From Treponema sp. UBA6367 (GTDB lineage Bacteria; Spirochaetota; Spirochaetia; Treponematales; Treponemataceae): a stretch of 64,000 nucleotides of DNA. Under the pieces are notes generated by a model, which saw nothing but the letters and a program-made list of their open reading frames with translations, searched no databases and was not told the origin of the DNA. How positions within the stretch are numbered: the first letter of the stretch is position 1; every line of letters begins with the position of its first letter. This document shows positions 44,885 through 52,102 of the stretch, piece after piece. Position numbers and translations under genes: made by a program. Location: assembly GCA_002437725.1 (NCBI GenBank), contig DJRF01000024.1, positions 53,205-117,204 on the forward strand, written 5' to 3'.

Positions 44885-45832
44885 TCAATAATGGACTGCA
44901 ATATAATCACTACATTCAAGATTTTCATCACATCTTACAAATTTTACTTTATTGTTTTCTATTTTATAATAAGTTATAGAGGCAGTTTTTAAGCCATCTG
45001 CTACCTTTAGAGTAAAATAATCTGCAAACTCACTTTGCTTTGCATCAAGAAGATTAAAAGACACTGTTTTGTTTTCATCATCTATTTTTCCTCGTAAAGA
45101 AATTCCTTCATAGCAAGCGGTTTTCCTTGTTCCACAACCATAATAATATAAATCTAATTCAAGAGTTCCTTTATCATTATCTCGTCTTATATAATTTCTT
45201 ACATTTGGAATCCAAGAATATTTTGAGTAATCTATATAAACTTTTTTTGTAGACATATTATTTTTTAGATTTATATTAATAATTTCTTTATTTTTTATTT
45301 TTAGATTATAATTAAACTCATTTATAGTTGCCGTTTTGTCTGAAAGTCTAGTTAAAACTACAACTGCTTTATTTTCATCAGTTTCACCATCATACAAAGA
45401 TTTTTTTACATAGCAGTCGTATTCAAATTTGTTTTCTATATCTTTTTGTGGAATATCTATTCCGTTTGCACAACTCTTTGCTTCTTCAATCCAATGATAT
45501 AAAATAACGAGTCCGCTTTCATTTGAGTCATTAAAATCTAGTATAGTGCCTTGTCCAGATAATCTTAATCTAAATTTACCTTCATAATTACTGCTTATAA
45601 CTGATTCCGGCACATAGCTATGTAATTTTTTTCCTTGCTCACTTTGCCAATCTAACCACTCTGAAATACCGATGCACTGCGTATATTGAAAAGGATCTAA
45701 CCATTCAGGATAGTTTGAAATTTCTTTTCCGCGCAAATAGAATTCGTTGTCCGGGTTAAATGGGCATGCCGTAAAAAACACAAGGGCGCAAACTGTTAAA
45801 AGATTTATAAAAAGCGACTTTGTTTGATACAT
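44885..45832 (-). CDS. hypothetical lipoprotein, paralogue 2
   Basis: ATG 45832 (MYQTKSLFINLLTVCALVFFTAC) with GAGGT upstream. The N- and C-terminal thirds are near-identical to 45840..46790, and the centre has diverged. Confidence 0.65.
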   Translation of the reverse strand: MYQTKSLFINLLTVCALVFFTACPFNPDNEFYLRGKEISNYPEWLDPFQYTQCIGISEWLDWQSEQGKKLHSYVPESVISSNYEGKFRLRLSGQGTILDFNDSNESGLVILYHWIEEAKSCANGIDIPQKDIENKFEYDCYVKKSLYDGETDENKAVVVLTRLSDKTATINEFNYNLKIKNKEIININLKNNMSTKKVYIDYSKYSWIPNVRNYIRRDNDKGTLELDLYYYGCGTRKTACYEGISLRGKIDDENKTVSFNLLDAKQSEFADYFTLKVADGLKTASITYYKIENNKVKFVRCDENLECSDYIAVHY

Positions 45833-45839
45833 TTTTACC

Positions 45840-46790
45840 TCAATAATAATATGGACTATAATCCCTGCACTCAAGGTTTTCATTGCATCTTATAATTTTA
45901 GCTTTACTATTTTCTATTTTATAATAAGTTATAGAGGCAGTTTTTAAGTCATCTGCTACCTTTAGAGTAAAGTAATCTGCAAAGTCACTTTGTTTTGCGT
46001 CTAGAAGATTAAAAGAAATTGTTTTTTTTGCATCATCTATTTCGCCATGTAAAGAAATTCCTTCATAGCAATCTACACAGTTTTCCCATGTTTTTAAATC
46101 TTTTCCCATAAAAGCATGATACCCTTTTGCAAAATTTATAGCAGTTTTCGTCTCATTTACCTTTAGTCTATCAACTGAACATGGGAACCAAGAATGCTTT
46201 TTCATATCAATTGGCACTTCTTCTGAAATAAAGTTATTTTTCATATTGCAGTCTATAACAAGATTTCCAGCTATTTTTAGTTTGTAATTAAATCTGTTTT
46301 CTGTTGTTGAACTTTCTAATCTAGTAAGTACAACCTGCGCTTTATTTTCATCAGTTTCTTCATCATACAAAGATTTTTTTGCATAGCAGCCATATTCAAA
46401 TTTGTTTTCTATATCTTTTTGAGGAATATCTATTCCGTTTGCACAACTTTTGACTTCTGCAACCCAGTTATATAAAATAACGATTGCAGTTGATTTTGAA
46501 TCATTGAAAACGATGAATGTATCCTGATTTCCAAGATGCAATCTAAACTTTCCATTAAAATCTTTGCTTATTATATTTTCTGGAACATAATCATGCAAAC
46601 TTTTTCCTTGTTCACCTTGCCAATCAAGCCAATCAGATACTCCGACTCCGCCTCTTAACCATTCAGGATAGTTTGAAATTTCTTTTCCGCGCAAATAGAA
46701 TTCGTTGTCCGGGTTAAATGGGCATGCCGTAAAAAACACAAGGGCGCAAACTGTTAAAAGATTTATAAAAAGCAACTTTGTCTGTTTCAT
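45840..46790 (-). CDS. hypothetical lipoprotein, paralogue 1
   Basis: M(M)KQTKLLFINLLTVCALVFFTACPFNPDNEFYLRGKEISNYPEWL. The start is ATG 46790 (aligned with its paralogue) or 46793. Confidence 0.65.
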   Translation of the reverse strand: MKQTKLLFINLLTVCALVFFTACPFNPDNEFYLRGKEISNYPEWLRGGVGVSDWLDWQGEQGKSLHDYVPENIISKDFNGKFRLHLGNQDTFIVFNDSKSTAIVILYNWVAEVKSCANGIDIPQKDIENKFEYGCYAKKSLYDEETDENKAQVVLTRLESSTTENRFNYKLKIAGNLVIDCNMKNNFISEEVPIDMKKHSWFPCSVDRLKVNETKTAINFAKGYHAFMGKDLKTWENCVDCYEGISLHGEIDDAKKTISFNLLDAKQSDFADYFTLKVADDLKTASITYYKIENSKAKIIRCNENLECRDYSPYYY

Positions 46791-46808
46791 CATTCTACCT
46801 CAAGAATT

Positions 46809-48176
46809 CTATTTTCTAACAACATCCCAGTTTTTATAATGATAAACAGGTATGTAAGTTTCCCAGCTGCCATTTATTTTATCTGTGCAGTCCGCTAAGT
46901 CTAAAATTTTAAAAGATGGCCAGCAAAAAGGTCCCCAGCCGTTTCTTTTATAGCCGATTACAGGCCTATAGTGGCAACCTCCGTCACCAAAAACTCTTAA
47001 ACTAATGCCAGGCAAGTTGTCATTTATAGATTTTTTCGGATAAACAAACTGACTTGCTTTAAGAGTATATCTGCTATAATAATTAATTGCTCCAGCAAGA
47101 TTGTTTGGCATTGTTACAGAGCCACCGTCTTGACCACATAACCTTACAACACCAGCGATCAAACCTTTGCCAGTTCTCATTTTAGAATACAATTCTGCTT
47201 CTTTTTGAGACTCAGAAAGCTTGCTCCATAAGGATACATCAGAAATACTGTTTTTTTGAATATAGTCAAGCACAAAGCCTGCCGCAACAGGACCACAGGC
47301 TTTGTAATTGAAAATATGAATTTCATCTTCTCTCTTAAACAAAGTTTCATCTATAAAATTCCTATCAAGTTCAGTTCTTTCAGACTTGGCTTTGCCTCTT
47401 GCTGCAAAATCTGCAATATGACCTTTTTTCTCAACTGCCATTTGCCAAAAAACTTCCGCATTTTTTTCATAATCGCTTATTAATGCTCGCATTTTTTCAT
47501 CATCAGTATCGTCTAAAAAGTATTCTGAATATTTTTTAGAAACTTCTTCATAACCAGCAATCGAAGTTATATCACTTTCTTCTATATAATTTCCATCCGT
47601 TGTTAAATATGAACTAAATTCGTTTGCAGCACCTTTTGTTTCTTTTATAACTCCAAAAACAACATTCGGGTAGCCATCATCAACAATTCTTGGAAGCTCA
47701 TCTTCTAAAAGCTTGCCCTTATTGTATAAACTGGTAATTTCATCTGCATAGCCATCACATTTTGACTCATAGACTATCGGGCAACCATAAGATTTTTCCG
47801 CAGCTCCCACAATGACACCAACTATTTGCCATTCTGAAACAATTCTAAACTCATAAAACTTAATTTTTCCATTTGTTCCATAAATTGCCACAGGTATATT
47901 CCATAGCTCTGAATCTTGAGGATATTCATCAGCTTCTATAGAATCTTCCAGCCATAATTGCGCAAACTCTTTTGAAAGCTGCCAGTCTACAGAATTGTCA
48001 TCACCTCGCAAGGAATATTGATCTAATTCGCTTTCGCTTGTCAGTTTGGACATTTCCCATTCGATTTTGCCAGTATTTTTTGCTTTTGAAAAATTATCTT
48101 CTAATTCATTTGAATTACATGAACTAAAGATAAAAATTGGCAGGATAAAAAAGAAAAGAATAAAACTTTTTTTCAT
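46809..48176 (-). CDS. lipoprotein with C-terminal papain-fold (C39-like) cysteine peptidase features
   Basis: Signal plus lipobox (IFIFSSC). NYKACGPVAAGFVLDY (candidate nucleophile Cys) and GGCHYRPVIGY (candidate His). The family assignment is tentative. Confidence 0.45.
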   Translation of the reverse strand: MKKSFILFFFILPIFIFSSCNSNELEDNFSKAKNTGKIEWEMSKLTSESELDQYSLRGDDNSVDWQLSKEFAQLWLEDSIEADEYPQDSELWNIPVAIYGTNGKIKFYEFRIVSEWQIVGVIVGAAEKSYGCPIVYESKCDGYADEITSLYNKGKLLEDELPRIVDDGYPNVVFGVIKETKGAANEFSSYLTTDGNYIEESDITSIAGYEEVSKKYSEYFLDDTDDEKMRALISDYEKNAEVFWQMAVEKKGHIADFAARGKAKSERTELDRNFIDETLFKREDEIHIFNYKACGPVAAGFVLDYIQKNSISDVSLWSKLSESQKEAELYSKMRTGKGLIAGVVRLCGQDGGSVTMPNNLAGAINYYSRYTLKASQFVYPKKSINDNLPGISLRVFGDGGCHYRPVIGYKRNGWGPFCWPSFKILDLADCTDKINGSWETYIPVYHYKNWDVVRK

Positions 48177-48207
48177 ATCTATGAAAATCTCCCGTATAAA
48201 AGTGTTA

Positions 48208-48247
48208 TAAGATAAAAACCACCTAAATATAAGCAGTTTTTATCTTA
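48208..48247. promoter_or_regulatory. AAGATAAAA hairpin/palindrome, copy 2
   Basis: TAAGATAAAAAC - 16 nt - GTTTTTATCTTA (12-bp perfect stem). It lies 32 nt upstream of the start at 48176 on the minus strand. Confidence 0.7.
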
Positions 48248-48319
48248 CACGCGCAAAACTTTTTTAATAATAAAACTGTAAACAAGAATTTTTATTCTGT
48301 AAACCCATTTAGATACGAA

Positions 48320-48415
48320 ATAACCGAGTTCGCAAAAAAATAACCGAGTTACCTTTTAAGGTAACCAAGTTACCCTGTTTAGTAACCGAGTTCGCAAAAA
48401 AAATAACTTGGTTAT
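48320..48415. promoter_or_regulatory. array of five phased 13-bp palindromes (right)
   Basis: ATAACCGAGTTCG 48320, ATAACCGAGTTAC 48340, GTAACCAAGTTAC 48361, GTAACCGAGTTCG 48382, ATAACTTGGTTAT 48403. Spacing is 20, 21, 21, 21. Confidence 0.85.
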
Positions 48416-48445
48416 TAACAAGGAAATTTGCAACGCAAACTTTTA

Positions 48446-48484
48446 AAGATAAAAACTGACGTCATATCCGGCAGTTTTTATCTT
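48446..48484. promoter_or_regulatory. AAGATAAAA hairpin/palindrome, copy 3
   Basis: AAGATAAAAACTG - 13 nt - CAGTTTTTATCTT (13-bp perfect stem). Its 3' end overlaps CTTACC, with TATAAT (48504..48509) 16 nt downstream. It is upstream of the Na/Pi transporter gene. Confidence 0.7.
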
Positions 48485-48528
48485 ACCTCCTTGTTTTTAT
48501 CAATATAATCCACTAATATGTTAAAATC

Positions 48529-50178
48529 ATGACAGTAATATCATCAATTCTGCTTCTTGTGGGAAGCCTTGGTTTTCTTCTTTATGGAATGAGGCTCATG
48601 AGTGCAGGCGTACAAAAAAGCGCAGGAGAACGCCTTCAGCGAGCATTAGGCATGCTCACTGGAAACAGTTTTATGGGGCTTCTTACGGGTCTTTTAATAA
48701 CAATGATAATTCAGTCATCGGGCGCAACCACCGCAATGGTTGTCACTTTTATAAACGCAGAACTTCTTTCGCTTTCCCAGTCTGTAGGCGTTATTTTTGG
48801 CGCAAACATAGGAACTACAATCACCGCCTGGATAGTTTCACTTTTTGGATTCAACTTTCAAATTTCAACATTCGCCATTCCTATTTTTGGATTCGGCTTT
48901 TTTATGACTCTCTTTAAGAATCACAATGTCCGAAACATTGGCGAAGCCATAATGGGATTCGGATTGCTTTTCATGGGATTAAGCGGTCTTTCCGATGTTT
49001 TTAGTTTTGACGCTTCAAGCTTAACCTTTCTTACAAAGTTCCAGCAGTGGGGAGCACTTTCTGTAATAATTAGTTTTGTAATAGGAATTGTAATCACAGC
49101 CCTAATGCATTCTTCAAGCGCATTTACGGCAATCGTAATCACAATGGCCTATAACAACATAATAACCTGGGAAACGGCCTGCGCCATGACCTTAGGCAGC
49201 AACATCGGCTCAACAATTGATGCAATTCTAGCCGCCATTGGAACAAGCGCAGATGCAAAGCGTTCTGCCGTAATTCACGTTCTTTTCAATTTTATAGGAA
49301 CGATTCTTGCCTTAATTTTCTTCAAGCCTTTTATAACATTCGTAAAATGGATTACTCCAGGAAATAATATCGCGATTCAAATTTCCATGCTTCACACAGT
49401 ATTTAAAACTATAAATACTGCGATTTTACTGCCATTTAAGAACCAGCTTATAAAACTTTCGCAAATAATCGTTAAAGATTCAAAAGAAAACAGCCTAAAA
49501 CACTACCATTTGGATTTTCAAGAAGCCACTTTTGGAAAAGAAAGTTCTGCCATGCACATAATCCGCATTGAAAAAGAAATTGCAAACATGACCGATGTGG
49601 TAACTTCAATGTTCGACCAATTGCAAATCGGTTTTACAAATCGCTATAAATCTTTTACAGAAGAATACCACGAACAACTTGAAAACGAAGAAAATTACTG
49701 CGACCAAATGCACGAACAGCTGATTCGCTACATAATAAACTGCCAGCACTTGCCAGTGACAGACGTTCAGCGGAACAATCTTTCCATAATGATAACAATT
49801 ATTGAAGAGCTTGAAGGCATGAGCGACCAATGTTTTTCTGCGGCAATGCTGATTGAGCGAAGCATTGAAAAAAAGATGAAATTTCCACAGGAAGACATGG
49901 AACGCCTTATTCCTTACGTAGAACTTGCCCGCCAATTCTTACAGTTTATTCGAATCAACATAAACAAACACTTAGATGAAAAAAAACTTGAGCTTGCCAC
50001 AGAACTTGAAGACCAAATAGACCAGTATCGAAAAAATCTAAAAAAGATTGCAAAAAAACGGCTTGAAAATGGAGCAGACGTAAAAGCAGAACTTTTGTAC
50101 CTTGATCTTGTACGTCAAATAGAAAAAATCGGCGACCACGCGTTTAGCATTTCAGAGCTTCTTGCGCAAACCAAATAG
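48529..50178 (+). CDS. Na/Pi cotransporter family protein with C-terminal PhoU-like repeats
   Basis: Duplicated GANIGTTITAW / GSNIGSTIDA membrane repeats and a helical C-terminal domain. 549 aa. Confidence 0.8.
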   Translation: MTVISSILLLVGSLGFLLYGMRLMSAGVQKSAGERLQRALGMLTGNSFMGLLTGLLITMIIQSSGATTAMVVTFINAELLSLSQSVGVIFGANIGTTITAWIVSLFGFNFQISTFAIPIFGFGFFMTLFKNHNVRNIGEAIMGFGLLFMGLSGLSDVFSFDASSLTFLTKFQQWGALSVIISFVIGIVITALMHSSSAFTAIVITMAYNNIITWETACAMTLGSNIGSTIDAILAAIGTSADAKRSAVIHVLFNFIGTILALIFFKPFITFVKWITPGNNIAIQISMLHTVFKTINTAILLPFKNQLIKLSQIIVKDSKENSLKHYHLDFQEATFGKESSAMHIIRIEKEIANMTDVVTSMFDQLQIGFTNRYKSFTEEYHEQLENEENYCDQMHEQLIRYIINCQHLPVTDVQRNNLSIMITIIEELEGMSDQCFSAAMLIERSIEKKMKFPQEDMERLIPYVELARQFLQFIRININKHLDEKKLELATELEDQIDQYRKNLKKIAKKRLENGADVKAELLYLDLVRQIEKIGDHAFSISELLAQTK

Positions 50179-50199
50179 AGCAATAGCCAAAAATGCAAT

Positions 50200-50682
50200 C
50201 TATAAAGTCAAATCTAAAACTGTCGCATCGCATGCTTTTACAAGGTCTTGTGGATTTATAACCAGTTGTTCGCCGCGCACTCCTGCGCTGATGTGAACTT
50301 TATCGCACAAAAGAATTGTCTCATCAAAAAAAGTTCTGTACTTCCGCCTCATTCCCAAAGGGCTGCAACCGCCGCGAACGTAACCTGTAAGCGAAAGCAG
50401 CTCATCTGGCTTTACAGGAGCAATTTCCTTGCAACCAGCGGCATTTCTAGCCTTCTTTAAATTTATTTCATTCATTGCAGACTGCAGAAAAACGCAAATT
50501 TCTTTTGTGTCAGTACGCATGACAATTGTTTTAAAAACAGTTTGCGGGTCAATTCCAAGTTTTTCAGCAGTTTTTTCAGCAGCCCCTCGCGAAAGTTCAT
50601 GTTCACCGTCATCGTCGTAAGAAACCGTTTCGTAAGGAATTTTCAAATTATCTAAAATCCGCATCGCATTCGTCTTTTTCAT
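50200..50682 (-). CDS. ybaK: YbaK/EbsC-family aminoacyl-tRNA deacylase
   Basis: MKKTNAMRILD start at ATG 50682. GYVRGGCSPLG motif. The longer ORF start at 50751 is unlikely. Confidence 0.75.
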   Translation of the reverse strand: MKKTNAMRILDNLKIPYETVSYDDDGEHELSRGAAEKTAEKLGIDPQTVFKTIVMRTDTKEICVFLQSAMNEINLKKARNAAGCKEIAPVKPDELLSLTGYVRGGCSPLGMRRKYRTFFDETILLCDKVHISAGVRGEQLVINPQDLVKACDATVLDLTL

Positions 50683-50744
50683 ACCCCAATAATACAAAAA
50701 TGCACACATTTTCGCAATTATTTCATAATTTTTGCTAATTTTAC

Positions 50745-50771
50745 TTGACAAAATACGGGGGGGGGTACAAT
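50745..50771 (+). promoter_or_regulatory. sigma-70-like promoter whose spacer is mostly a G9 homopolymer
   Basis: TTGACA (50745..50750), then AAATAC plus G9 (50757..50765), then TACAAT (50766..50771). The spacer is 15 nt. Confidence 0.6.
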
Positions 50772-50951
50772 GAAAGGTAAGATTGGCTTAGCCGCAAGCA
50801 ATTTGGTACCGTTGCAAAAGTTTTAGCCATTTGGATGGAGAATGAAACTAAATTTACAAGCATTCTCCAAAAACAATCTAAAAACTCAAATCGAAAACTG
50901 ATAAAGCAATTTTTTGCTTCTTTTCTTTTTGACTTTTTATGGGAGATTTAT

Positions 50952-51956
50952 ATGAAAATTTTAAAAAAAATTTCAATCTTGGCAACCGCTCTTCTTTCAC
51001 TTGCTCTTATATCTTGTAAAACCGACTCTTCTGAAACAAGCGGGTCTTCTGAACCAAATCCAACCTTGCCGGGAACAAAAGGCGGAAAGGATAACGAGAA
51101 AGACATTTTTAAAGGACTAACCTTTTATGATTCAAGTAAAAAAGAACAGGCAGAATACGGCTACACTAAATACACTTTTTCAGAAAATGGAACTGTAGCA
51201 ATAACATATACAAAAAAAGATGATGAAAAAGAAAAGACATACGAAGAAGCAATAATCAACTATTCTCTTAGCGAAGACGGCAAAATCGTTTACATGACTT
51301 ATAATAAGATTAGAAACCCAATCGGTTCGACTGGCTCATTATTTACATACAAAGAACTTGAACAGTACCTTTATAATGACTATGCAAAAGACGCTTTGGA
51401 TAATCTCAACAAAGAAGAGCCTGAACAGAGCAAGTTTTATAAAGAAGCCATTGCTAAAGAAGTTGGACTGGAATCATACACCACCGATGAAGAGCTTCTT
51501 GCAGCAATGCAAAAATATTCAACTGAGCATGCCGAAGAAATGCTATCTCCATTGCACAAAATGTTTAACACGGTTTTCCAGTATGACCTTTCTAAAGATG
51601 AAGAAGATAGCCACCCTATTCTTACAGAAAAAAATACTTGGGGCAAAGACCTTTCAAAATTTATTTCTTTAACTGACTCTCATTACCAATCTCATTACCA
51701 ATCTGATTATCTATATTTAAATTATAATAATGGCGAAATTCATGTTAGTTATACTGATAATGATACTCATTACAAGTCACAAAATATAGACAGTTCAAAA
51801 ATCTACTTTGAATCATCAGAAGACGAAGATGGCAATACAACAAAACTAGAAGCGCCTTACACCATATCTGATGACGGCAACACTCTTACTGTAACTATTG
51901 GCGAAAAAACAATTGAAGCTAAATTAACTTTAGACGAAATGCACCTGTATAACTAA
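50952..51956 (+). CDS. hypothetical lipoprotein
   Basis: ATG 50952 (MKILKKISILATALLSLALISC lipobox) with GGGAG upstream. I reject the 39-codon upstream extension in the ORF track. Confidence 0.65.
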   Translation: MKILKKISILATALLSLALISCKTDSSETSGSSEPNPTLPGTKGGKDNEKDIFKGLTFYDSSKKEQAEYGYTKYTFSENGTVAITYTKKDDEKEKTYEEAIINYSLSEDGKIVYMTYNKIRNPIGSTGSLFTYKELEQYLYNDYAKDALDNLNKEEPEQSKFYKEAIAKEVGLESYTTDEELLAAMQKYSTEHAEEMLSPLHKMFNTVFQYDLSKDEEDSHPILTEKNTWGKDLSKFISLTDSHYQSHYQSDYLYLNYNNGEIHVSYTDNDTHYKSQNIDSSKIYFESSEDEDGNTTKLEAPYTISDDGNTLTVTIGEKTIEAKLTLDEMHLYN

Positions 51957-51985
51957 AAAGTTTAGCTCAGCATTTCAACAATTTT

Positions 51986-52033
51986 ACTGCCAGCTGCGAA
52001 AGTAATTCTGCTTTCACAGCTGGCAGTTTTTTG
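51986..52033 (+). terminator. rho-independent terminator
   Basis: ACTGCCAGCTG...CAGCTGGCAGT (11-bp perfect stem with an inner GAAAG/CTTTC extension), followed by TTTTTT. Confidence 0.75.
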
Positions 52034-52067
52034 TTATGTAGAAAACCAAGCATTTCTATAAACCTTG

Positions 52068-52096
52068 TTCACAATTTTTGCAATTTTCGTTATAAT
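52068..52096 (+). promoter_or_regulatory. candidate promoter giving a leaderless purB mRNA
   Basis: TTCACA, a 17-nt spacer, then TATAAT (52091..52096). The ATG at 52103 is only 6 nt downstream and there is no Shine-Dalgarno. Confidence 0.4.
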
Positions 52097-52102
52097 CTTT
52101 TT

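Larger units (their letters stand above)
48206..48418. repeat. right inverted arm of the 7.8-kb cassette
   Basis: Its reverse complement is collinear with 40651..40935 (see left arm). Confidence 0.8.

Noticed and set aside
48431-48449. TTTGCAACGCAAACTTTTAA just outside the right arm resembles the centre of the intergenic element (GGTTGCTACGCAACTTTAA). This would suggest the cassette split one element whose left half is at 40539..40627.
   Set aside because: Only about 17 nt are similar, and the rest of the expected right half (ATCGCACAAAGTCTTCACAAATTG...) is absent. This is too weak to claim, so I kept it only as a side note to the cassette finding.
51679-51710. Tandem 12-nt repeat CTCATTACCAAT x2 plus a partial copy (encoding HYQSHYQSDY) in the lipoprotein gene.
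   Set aside because: There are only about 2.5 in-frame copies. This is too short to argue for repeat-mediated variation without population data.
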